Source: a bacterium | Lineage (GTDB): Bacteria; Synergistota; GBS-1 | Assembly (NCBI GenBank): GCA_030153785.1 | Contig: JASKLF010000004.1 | Location: 17,551-81,550 of the forward strand | Reading direction: 5' to 3' | Length of the DNA stretch: 64,000 bases | Part shown: positions 52,748 to 60,141 of the stretch, one piece after another | Numbering within the stretch: position 1 is the first letter of the stretch | Layout: the number at the start of each line of letters is the position of its first letter | The notes under the pieces: generated by a model | Told to the model about the DNA's origin: nothing | Seen by the model: only the letters and a program-made list of their open reading frames with translations | Database searches by the model: none | Made by a program: the position numbers and the translations under genes

Positions 52748-52787
52748 CTAAAACAAAAAGGGCCGCGACCTTTTAGTGCCGCGGCCC
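52748..52787 (-). terminator. trp attenuator terminator (3:4 hairpin)
   Basis: The minus-strand RNA GGGCCGCGGC-ACUAAAAG-GUCGCGGCCC is followed by UUUUUGUUUU. Confidence 0.6.
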
Positions 52788-52807
52788 CTGCTTTCTTAAG
52801 GAATATT

Positions 52808-52915
52808 TTAGCAACAGGGTAAATACCGCGGCAGGCTTTCAACCTGCCACCACCAGTTATTTATTTCTCTTAAAGTTGTTAAGCTTGAAAGCTTAAAGCT
52901 TCTAAATATGCTCAT
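52808..52915 (-). CDS. trpL: trp operon leader peptide (35 aa) with three consecutive Trp codons
   Basis: ATG (52915-52913) ... TGG TGG TGG (52855-52847) ... TAA (52810-52808) encodes MSIFRSFKLSSLTTLREINNWWWQVESLPRYLPCC. A GAGGAGG RBS lies 6 nt upstream. It is absent from the ORF track because it is short. Confidence 0.7.
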   Translation of the reverse strand: MSIFRSFKLSSLTTLREINNWWWQVESLPRYLPCC

Positions 52916-52941
52916 CTTTATCCTCCTCACTGTTGAGTTAG

Positions 52942-52970
52942 AGTATACATTTTCTGTCTTCTTTTGTCAA
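52942..52970 (-). promoter_or_regulatory. sigma70-type promoter TTGACA-N17-TATACT driving trpL-trpEGDCFBA
   Basis: On the minus strand, the -35 is at 52970-52965 and the -10 at 52947-52942. The leader RBS starts ~15 nt downstream. Confidence 0.5.
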
Positions 52971-53125
52971 GGGGTTGGTGTTCTATTTTGTGGGAGGTTC
53001 AGTTTTATTTGAGATGTATTGTGAAATATGTGGTCTTTAAAGATATGTTTCATAGATATTTCATATATGCATTTTGATGTATACTTTTTACTTAATCAAA
53101 ATCTCGAAACTTAGTTTTAAGAATC

Positions 53126-53154
53126 TTGACAAACTAGAGTATGATGGATATACC
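53126..53154 (+). promoter_or_regulatory. sigma70-type promoter TTGACA-N17-TATACC for the glutamate synthase operon
   Basis: Hexamers at 53126-53131 and 53149-53154. An AGAGGGGTGA RBS precedes ATG 53190. Confidence 0.45.
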
Positions 53155-53189
53155 TAATAACTAACCTTATTTTGAAAGAGAGGGGTGAA

Positions 53190-54284
53190 ATGATGAACCA
53201 TTTAAATGGCGAAAGACTAATGTATGATCGAGAGCTTAGAAACCCATCTGCTTGTGGTATTACAGGAGTGATGAATCAGAAGGGAGAAGTTTTTTCTGGT
53301 GAAGTTATCTTAAATTCGATATGTTGTATGCTGGAACGCGGAAATGGTTTGGGAAGCGGTTTTGCAGGGTATGGTATTTACCCTGACTTTAAGGATTATT
53401 GGTGCTTCCATATAATGTATGATAAAGAAACGGCAAAAGATATTGTTGAAGATTATCTGGAGAATCTCTTTATCATAGTTCACAGCGAACCTATACCTGT
53501 TAAAAAAATAGGAGTTCTTGGTGAAATACCCTTGCTTTGGAGGTACTTTTTAAGCTTTAAGGGAGAGGAGGAAAGCGAGGAGTTCATTGTTCATACGGTT
53601 ATGAGGGTAAATAGAGAAATTGAGGGCGCATATGTTTTTTCTTCCGGTAAGAATATGGGAATCTTTAAGGGTGTTGGGAGTCCTGATGCTATAGGAGAAT
53701 TCTTTAGAGTTTCAGAGTATAAAGGTTACATTTGGTTGGCTCATAATAGGTTTCCTACCAATACTCCTGGATGGTGGGGAGGAGCCCATCCTTTTGGATT
53801 GCTTGACTGGGCTCTTGTTCATAATGGAGAGATATCTTCCTATGGGGTGAATAAAAGGTACTTGGAGAGTTTTGGTTACTATTGCACTCTTTCTACAGAT
53901 ACGGAAGTCATGGCTTATCTTTTTGACTTATTGGTTCGTAAACATGGGCTTGATTTTGGAATTGTAGCTAAGATTCTTTCTGCTCCCTTTTGGTCTCAGA
54001 TAGAGAAATTCGAAGACGAAAGGGAAAAAGCCTTTCTGAAAACTTTACGCATAATATATGGTCCTGCTCTGGTGAATGGACCTTTTGCAATAATCGTGGC
54101 GAACAATAAGTATATGGTTGGATTAAACGATAGAACAAAATTGCGTCCCCTTGTGGCGGCTAAGAATGGTGATTTTATTTACATTGCTTCTGAAGAGTCG
54201 GCTATAAGGATAATTTCAAGAAATTTAGAGGAAGTATGGATGCCTCGGGCTGGTGAACCTGTTATTGGTAAGGTGGTGATGTGA
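53190..54284 (+). CDS. glutamate synthase glutamine amidotransferase domain protein (archaeal-type GltB domain 1, class II/Ntn GATase)
   Basis: The CGITGV nucleophile motif sits ~20 residues after the start. Ntn-hydrolase fold motifs (WLAHNRFPTNT, HNGEI) are present. Confidence 0.8.
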   Translation: MMNHLNGERLMYDRELRNPSACGITGVMNQKGEVFSGEVILNSICCMLERGNGLGSGFAGYGIYPDFKDYWCFHIMYDKETAKDIVEDYLENLFIIVHSEPIPVKKIGVLGEIPLLWRYFLSFKGEEESEEFIVHTVMRVNREIEGAYVFSSGKNMGIFKGVGSPDAIGEFFRVSEYKGYIWLAHNRFPTNTPGWWGGAHPFGLLDWALVHNGEISSYGVNKRYLESFGYYCTLSTDTEVMAYLFDLLVRKHGLDFGIVAKILSAPFWSQIEKFEDEREKAFLKTLRIIYGPALVNGPFAIIVANNKYMVGLNDRTKLRPLVAAKNGDFIYIASEESAIRIISRNLEEVWMPRAGEPVIGKVVM

Positions 54285-55774
54285 GTATGGCGAAGGCAAG
54301 GTATAGATCTGAATTTAAGGTAGAAAGGGACGATGAAAAATGTATTCGCTGTCAGGTTTGTGTGAGAATGTGTGCTTTCGATGTGCACGCTTATTATCCT
54401 GAGCTGGATACTATTGTTTCAGATGAGAGTAAATGTGTTGGATGTCATTTCTGCGAAGACCTTTGTCCCACTAATGCTATAACTATTGTTAGGAATTCAT
54501 TTAGAATTAAGTCCAATCTTCATTGGAACGATAAAGATGTTTATGACATAGTGAAGCAGGCAGAAAGCGGAGGTATCTTGCTCAGTGGCATGGGGTGTGA
54601 TAGGGGATATAAAGATTATTTTAGACATCTTGTTCTAAATGCGGCGCAAGTTACCAATCCTTCTATAGATCCTATAAGAGAACCTATGGAGCTAAAGACT
54701 TTTATAGGTCGGAAGCCTGATAAGCTTACAACATCTATTCCACCCCAGCTGGAGTTAGAAGTTCCAATCATGTTTTCTGCGATGAGCTTTGGCTCTATTT
54801 CTTTGAATGCTTGCAAATCTTTGGCTAAGGCAGCGTGCGAATTTGGAACATATTGGAACACAGGAGAGGGAGGTTTGCATCCGGAACTTTATCCTTACGC
54901 TCATAGAGCAATAGTGCAAGTGGCTTCGGGGCGCTTTGGAGTTAACAAAGAATACCTAGAGGCTGGTGCTGCAATAGAAATTAAGATAGGTCAAGGAGCT
55001 AAACCAGGGATTGGGGGACATCTTCCTGGCGAGAAGGTTACAGAGGAGGTTTCAAGGACTAGAATGATCCCTGAGGGAAGTGATGCACTTAGTCCAGCTC
55101 CTCATCATGACATTTATTCTATAGAGGATTTAAGGCAATTGATATATGCTTTGAAAGAAGCTACAAGGTATGAGAAGCCTGTTGGAGTTAAGATAGCTGC
55201 CGTTCACAATGTTGCTGCTATTGCTTCTGGAATAGTTAGAGCAGGTGCCGATTTTGTCGTAATAGATGGTATAAGGGGAGGGACTGGTGCGGCTCCTACT
55301 GTGATAAGAGATAACGTTGGTATTCCAATAGAGATGGCGATAGCTGTAGTAGACCAGCGGCTTAGAGATGAGGGAATAAGGCATTGGGCAAGCATAATAG
55401 CAGCTGGTGGTTTTAGAAGTTCGGCTGATGTTATAAAGGCTATAGCTTTAGGGGCTGACGCGGTTTACATAGCGACTTCAGCTTTGATTTCTTTAGGGTG
55501 TCACTTATGCCAAAAGTGTTATACGGGTAAGTGTAATTGGGGGATAGCTACTCAAGACCCTTATCTTACTAAAAGGCTGAATCCAGAAATAGGAGCTAGG
55601 AGGGCTTACAATTTACTTAGGGCTTGGTCGTTGGAGATAAAGGAGATGTTAGGTGGGATGGGAATAAACGCTATAGAATCCTTACGTGGAAATAGGGAAC
55701 AATTAAGGGCGGTTGGTTTAAGTGATACTGAAAGGAGGCTTCTGGGAGTAAAATGCGCAGGGGAAGCTTGGTAG
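54281..55774 (+). CDS. glutamate synthase FMN-binding domain protein (GltB domain 2) with N-terminal 2x[4Fe-4S] ferredoxin module
   Basis: CIRCQVCVRMC and CVGCHFCEDLCP clusters, followed by the GOGAT FMN/Fe-S core (MSFGSIS, GEGG, IKIGQGAKPG). Confidence 0.85.
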   Translation: MSMAKARYRSEFKVERDDEKCIRCQVCVRMCAFDVHAYYPELDTIVSDESKCVGCHFCEDLCPTNAITIVRNSFRIKSNLHWNDKDVYDIVKQAESGGILLSGMGCDRGYKDYFRHLVLNAAQVTNPSIDPIREPMELKTFIGRKPDKLTTSIPPQLELEVPIMFSAMSFGSISLNACKSLAKAACEFGTYWNTGEGGLHPELYPYAHRAIVQVASGRFGVNKEYLEAGAAIEIKIGQGAKPGIGGHLPGEKVTEEVSRTRMIPEGSDALSPAPHHDIYSIEDLRQLIYALKEATRYEKPVGVKIAAVHNVAAIASGIVRAGADFVVIDGIRGGTGAAPTVIRDNVGIPIEMAIAVVDQRLRDEGIRHWASIIAAGGFRSSADVIKAIALGADAVYIATSALISLGCHLCQKCYTGKCNWGIATQDPYLTKRLNPEIGARRAYNLLRAWSLEIKEMLGGMGINAIESLRGNREQLRAVGLSDTERRLLGVKCAGEAW

Positions 55775-56247
55775 AGGGAATTAAAAGAGTTATTGTTAGG
55801 GAAGAATATTGTATGGGATGCAGACTATGTGAGATTCATTGTATTACTCAGCACTCTAAGTCTAAGAACATACTAAAGCTTTTTAAGGGAGAAGAGCCTA
55901 AGCCTCTTTCTGGTATTTATTTCGAAGAGAGGGGTCCCACTTCTTTTGCCCTTCAATGTAGACATTGTGATGATGCTCCTTGTCTTGAAGCTTGTATTGG
56001 AGGAGCTATGTATAGGGATCCGATAACTAAGAGGGTTTTACACAATAGAGAAAAATGTGTAGGGTGTTGGATGTGTATAATGGTTTGTCCTTACGGGGTT
56101 ATAAAGGCGGATCATTCTGAGAAGAAGGTTGCCTCTAAGTGTGATTTGTGCATCGAAGCGGGTTTCCCTGCCTGTGTCGAGAATTGTCCTAACGAAGCTG
56201 TTATTCTGATCGATCAGTACGGTAGGAGAGTTCTGAAGGAGGGTTAA
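55753..56247 (+). CDS. four-cluster [4Fe-4S] ferredoxin (HycB/HydN-like)
   Basis: Four Cys motifs: CMGCRLCEIHC, CRHCDDAPCLEAC, CVGCWMCIMVCP and CDLCIEAGFPACVENCP. Confidence 0.75.
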   Translation: MRRGSLVEGIKRVIVREEYCMGCRLCEIHCITQHSKSKNILKLFKGEEPKPLSGIYFEERGPTSFALQCRHCDDAPCLEACIGGAMYRDPITKRVLHNREKCVGCWMCIMVCPYGVIKADHSEKKVASKCDLCIEAGFPACVENCPNEAVILIDQYGRRVLKEG

Positions 56248-56250
56248 TGT

Positions 56251-57543
56251 ATGGAGAGTAAGTATGCAATTATAGGAAATTCAGTGGCTGCTGTGGGAGC
56301 TATAGAGGCTATAAGGGAAATAGATAAAGAGGGGTTAATAACGGTGGTTTCAGACGAAAATGTTTATAACTATTCCCGACCTTTAATTTCTTACTATCTT
56401 GGTGGCAAAGTTGAGGAGAGGAACATGTATTTCAGAGACAAGGGTTTTTACGAAAGAAATAACGTAAAGCTGATTTTGGGAAAGAAAGCTCAGAGGTTGG
56501 ATGTTAATAAACACGTTGTTTACTTGGCTGACGAAACCATTATAAGGTTTGAAAAGCTCTTGATATGCACTGGAGGAAAGCCGATAGTTCCTAACATAGA
56601 AGGGCTTAGTGAAGTAAGAGAAGGAGTTTTTAGTTTCACTAAGTTTTCGGATGCAAAATCGATGCTTAGCTATATAAAATTAAATGGCATAAAATCGGCT
56701 GTAGTCTTAGGTGGAGGATTGATAGGTCTTAAGGCTGCGGAAGGCTTGCTAGCAAGAGGGTTGAGGGTTACGATTGTAGAGTTAGCTGACAGGATACTTC
56801 CCAACACTTTGGACAAAGAAGCTTCCGAAATGTTAGAAAGAGCTTTAGTGGGCTTAGGTTGTAGTGTACTGAAAGGAGATACTATTATTGGAGTTTCTAC
56901 TACCGATGGAGTATTGAAGGAAGTATACCTTAAAAGCGGGAGAGTAATACCCTCATCTTTGTTGGTTATTGCTATAGGAGTGAGGCCAAATTTAGATTTG
57001 ATAAGAGGTACCTCGATAGGTTACGACAGAGGAATAATTGTTGATGATCAAATGCAGACTAATATAGCTGGAATATATGCAGCAGGGGATGTAGCTCAAG
57101 CTAAAGATTTTTTAACTTCGATGAATTCTGTTTTGGCTTTATGGCCAGTGGCCTTTCGTCAGGGCAAGGTAGCAGGATTCAACATGGCAGGCAAGGAGAC
57201 AAAATATGAGGGGCTTTTCCCAATGAACTCTGTGGAGATAGCTGGCATTCCTACAATATCTTTTGGTCTGTCTAATCCACAAGATGGAGAAAATTATGAG
57301 GTCTTGGTTAAGAAGGATGGCAGAGTTCCTTTGTACCGCAAGATAGTTTTAAAAGATGGAAGAATAGTGGGGGGTATTTTCTTGGGCAAGATAGAAAGAA
57401 CCGGCATTTTCGTGGGGCTCTTGAAGGCTGGTATGGATGTTTCATCATTTAAAGAAGAATTGCTTCAAGATGATTTTGGTTTTGTTGTTTTGCCTGAAAG
57501 TTACAGAAAGCATATGATTGTAGGGGAGGTTATAGAAACATGA
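56251..57543 (+). CDS. FAD-dependent pyridine nucleotide-disulfide oxidoreductase family NAD(P)H flavoprotein (ferredoxin/rubredoxin-reductase-like)
   Basis: Two Rossmann GxGxxG/A motifs (AIIGNSVAAVGA; VVLGGGLIGLKAAE) and YSRPLISYYL in the FAD domain. Confidence 0.8.
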   Translation: MESKYAIIGNSVAAVGAIEAIREIDKEGLITVVSDENVYNYSRPLISYYLGGKVEERNMYFRDKGFYERNNVKLILGKKAQRLDVNKHVVYLADETIIRFEKLLICTGGKPIVPNIEGLSEVREGVFSFTKFSDAKSMLSYIKLNGIKSAVVLGGGLIGLKAAEGLLARGLRVTIVELADRILPNTLDKEASEMLERALVGLGCSVLKGDTIIGVSTTDGVLKEVYLKSGRVIPSSLLVIAIGVRPNLDLIRGTSIGYDRGIIVDDQMQTNIAGIYAAGDVAQAKDFLTSMNSVLALWPVAFRQGKVAGFNMAGKETKYEGLFPMNSVEIAGIPTISFGLSNPQDGENYEVLVKKDGRVPLYRKIVLKDGRIVGGIFLGKIERTGIFVGLLKAGMDVSSFKEELLQDDFGFVVLPESYRKHMIVGEVIET

Positions 57544-58298
57544 AACAAATAGAGGCTATGGATAGAGTTATAACTGCCGATGGTATTCATTATAAAGTTT
57601 TGAACGATATGGTTTGGCAAGCTGTAAGTGATGGTGCCAAAAGAATAATTTTAGAGGATGTTGTTGGCCAAAGATATATTGGTTGTGGCTTGAAGGGTGA
57701 AGACGTAGAGATCATTATTAGGGGAGTCCCAGGCAATGATTTGGCTGCCTTTATGGATGGTCCCAGAATTATTGTTGAAGGTAATGCTCAGGATGGTGTT
57801 GGCAATACTATGAATGCAGGAGAGGTAATAGTTCATGGCAATGCTGGTGACATTATAGGGTATGCTATGAGAGGAGGAAGGATTTTTGTAAAAGGAAATG
57901 TAGGATACAGGGTAGGTATACATATGAAGGCCTACAGGGATTTGTTTCCTGTTATCGTGATTGGAGGGGTTGCAGGGGACTTTTTAGGAGAGTATATGGC
58001 GGGGGGACTTTTGATAGTCCTGGGATTGGGTAGTGAGGAAAAGGATATAGTGGGGGATTTTGTAGGGACAGGGATGCATGGAGGAAACATATTTATCCGC
58101 GGAGGCGTGAAAAATGCAATACTTGGCAAAGAGGTTGGTATCAGCCTTGTGAGTGAAGATGATATGACTTTAATAAGAAAGCATATAGAAGATTTTTGTA
58201 ATCACTTTTCCTTCGACATTGATGAAGTACTGAGTGTGCCCTTTTTTAAGCTTTATCCTCACTCTCATCGCCCCTATGGCAAGTTATATGCTTATTGA
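57540..58298 (+). CDS. glutamate synthase C-terminal GXGXG domain protein (GltB domain 3)
   Basis: Repeated G-x-G motifs (IIRGVPGND, IIVEGNAQDGVGNTMNAG, IVHGNAGD, IFVKGNVGYRVG), typical of the GXGXG beta-helix domain. Confidence 0.8.
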   Translation: MKQIEAMDRVITADGIHYKVLNDMVWQAVSDGAKRIILEDVVGQRYIGCGLKGEDVEIIIRGVPGNDLAAFMDGPRIIVEGNAQDGVGNTMNAGEVIVHGNAGDIIGYAMRGGRIFVKGNVGYRVGIHMKAYRDLFPVIVIGGVAGDFLGEYMAGGLLIVLGLGSEEKDIVGDFVGTGMHGGNIFIRGGVKNAILGKEVGISLVSEDDMTLIRKHIEDFCNHFSFDIDEVLSVPFFKLYPHSHRPYGKLYAY

Positions 58299-58341
58299 TG
58301 TTTCAATTTTAACATTAATGTAAACTCCAAGCAAAAGACCT

Positions 58342-58393
58342 GTAACCTCTCCCCGTTAAAATACCTAAAAACAAAGGAAAGGGGAGAGGTTAC
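58342..58393 (+). promoter_or_regulatory. 13-bp perfect inverted repeat whose 3' arm is the amt Shine-Dalgarno (candidate translational regulatory hairpin)
   Basis: GTAACCTCTCCCC (58342-58354) is complementary to GGGGAGAGGTTAC (58381-58393). ATG follows at 58394. Confidence 0.4.
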
Positions 58394-59755
58394 ATGAGAA
58401 ATTTGTACAAGTATTTAATTTATGTGTCTTTAGCTACTTTTACATGTATTAATTCTTCCTTTGCAAGAGATCCCGTAGGAGCGGCGACTTTGAAGGAAAA
58501 TCCTAACTTGCCGGTTGATTATGTATGGATTTTGATATGTGCTTTTCTTGTCATGTTTATGCAGGCTGGTTTTGCCATGCTGGAATCTGGTTTTTGTAGG
58601 GCAAAGAATGTGACCAACATCATTGCAAAAAATTTAATTGACTTTTGTTTAGGTTCGATTATTTTCTTCGCTTTCGGTTATGCCTTGATGATGGGGGACG
58701 ATTGGCACGGTCTAATTGGAACTACAGGCTGGTTTATGTTTGGGGAGTATTACGATGTAAGCAAGTACTTGAACATGTTTTGGATGTTGGTGTTTTGTGC
58801 TACTAGTGCCACGATAGTTTCTGGAGCTGTTGCTGAAAGGCTCAAGTTTGGAGCATACCTTATTTACACTTTAGTGGTTACGGGTATTATTTACCCTATA
58901 TACGGACACTGGGCATGGGGAGGTGGTTGGCTTTCTAAGATTCCTTTAGGTTTGGGTTTTTTAGATTTTGCAGGAAGTGGAGTTGTACACGCTTTAGGTG
59001 GATTTGTTGGTTTAGCGGGGGCTTTAGTTTTGGGCCCCAGGTATGGTAAGTATAAAAATGGAGTGCCTCAGGCTATTCCCGGACACAGTGTATCTTTAGC
59101 CGCTTTAGGTGTTTTAATATTGTGGTTTGGTTGGTTTGGTTTTAATCCAGGAAGCACATATAGTGCTCACCACTTAAAAATCTCTATTGTGGCTCTTAAT
59201 ACGAACTTAGCTGCTGCGGCAGGTGGGATATCTGCGCTATTAATTTCTTATTTCAATACTGGAAAGTGGGATATTACTATGGCATTAAATGGAGTTATTG
59301 CGGGATTAGTTGCTATAACCGCATCTTGTGCCTGGGTTGAGGGATGGGCTGCTATACTTATAGGCTTTATAGCTGGTGGTTTGATGTATTTCAGTGTTAG
59401 ATTATTAGATTCAGCTGGTATTGATGATCCTGTTGGCGCTGTTAGCGTTCATGGAATTTGCGGATTATGGGGACTGTTGACGGTAGGAATTTTTGCTGAT
59501 GGAACTTATGGCGTATATTCTGTTGAGCCTCCTTATGCTGTTGGTTTGCTTTATGGTGGTGGATGGGGACAGTTCTTGGCTCAGCTTGTGGGATTAGTGG
59601 TGTTGTTTATATGGGCTTTTGGTGCGGGGTATGTGTTGTTTAAGGTAATGGATAGACTGTTCGGTATTCGCGTTTCACCAGAAGAGGAGCTTAAAGGATT
59701 GGATATTTATGAGCATGGTGTTCCAGCTTATCCTGATTTTTATAGTAAGGTATAA
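58394..59755 (+). CDS. amt: ammonium transporter (Amt family)
   Basis: 453 aa with a signal peptide and polytopic Amt/MEP/Rh motifs (FAMLESGF, GAVAERLKF, twin-His region). Confidence 0.9.
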   Translation: MRNLYKYLIYVSLATFTCINSSFARDPVGAATLKENPNLPVDYVWILICAFLVMFMQAGFAMLESGFCRAKNVTNIIAKNLIDFCLGSIIFFAFGYALMMGDDWHGLIGTTGWFMFGEYYDVSKYLNMFWMLVFCATSATIVSGAVAERLKFGAYLIYTLVVTGIIYPIYGHWAWGGGWLSKIPLGLGFLDFAGSGVVHALGGFVGLAGALVLGPRYGKYKNGVPQAIPGHSVSLAALGVLILWFGWFGFNPGSTYSAHHLKISIVALNTNLAAAAGGISALLISYFNTGKWDITMALNGVIAGLVAITASCAWVEGWAAILIGFIAGGLMYFSVRLLDSAGIDDPVGAVSVHGICGLWGLLTVGIFADGTYGVYSVEPPYAVGLLYGGGWGQFLAQLVGLVVLFIWAFGAGYVLFKVMDRLFGIRVSPEEELKGLDIYEHGVPAYPDFYSKV

Positions 59756-59772
59756 TAAGGGGGGTGTTGGGT

Positions 59773-60114
59773 GTGAAGAAGGTTGAAGCTATCATAAGGC
59801 CGGAAAAGTTTGAGGAAGTAAAGGAAGCTCTTAAATCAATAAAAGGATGTTCTGGGATGAGTGTCACTCGTGTAGAGGGACATGGTAGGCAAAAGGGGTT
59901 GGTAGAGCAATTCCGAGGAAGAGAATTCAAGGTTGAATTTTTGCCGAAGGTTAAAATTGAGTTGGTTTGCTCAGATGAAGACTTAAAGGATGTAGTAGAT
60001 TCTATCTTAAAAAGCGCATATACTGGAGAAATAGGTGATGGGAAAATTTTTATTTCGGAAATCTTAGATGTCGTGAGAATAAGGACAGGAGAGAGGGGCA
60101 AAGAAGCTCTTTAG
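59773..60114 (+). CDS. glnK: nitrogen regulatory protein P-II (GlnK type, encoded after amt)
   Basis: The T-loop GHGRQKG and the B-loop signature TGEIGDGKIF. The likely start is GTG 59773, 6 nt after an AAGGGGGGTG RBS. Confidence 0.85.
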   Translation: MKKVEAIIRPEKFEEVKEALKSIKGCSGMSVTRVEGHGRQKGLVEQFRGREFKVEFLPKVKIELVCSDEDLKDVVDSILKSAYTGEIGDGKIFISEILDVVRIRTGERGKEAL

Positions 60115-60141
60115 CTTTATGGGGAAGAAGGTTACTTCATT

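Noticed and set aside
52808-52940. TRAP-type (G/U)AG triplet repeats or a T-box in the trp leader
   Set aside because: There is no regular array of GAG/UAG triplets spaced by 2-3 nt, and no T-box specifier or conserved T-box sequence. The tandem Trp codons and alternative hairpins point to ribosome-mediated attenuation instead.
58295-58325. Canonical sigma70 promoter for amt
   Set aside because: TTGATG at 58295 has no acceptably spaced -10 hexamer. amt is more likely co-transcribed with the glt genes or activator-dependent.
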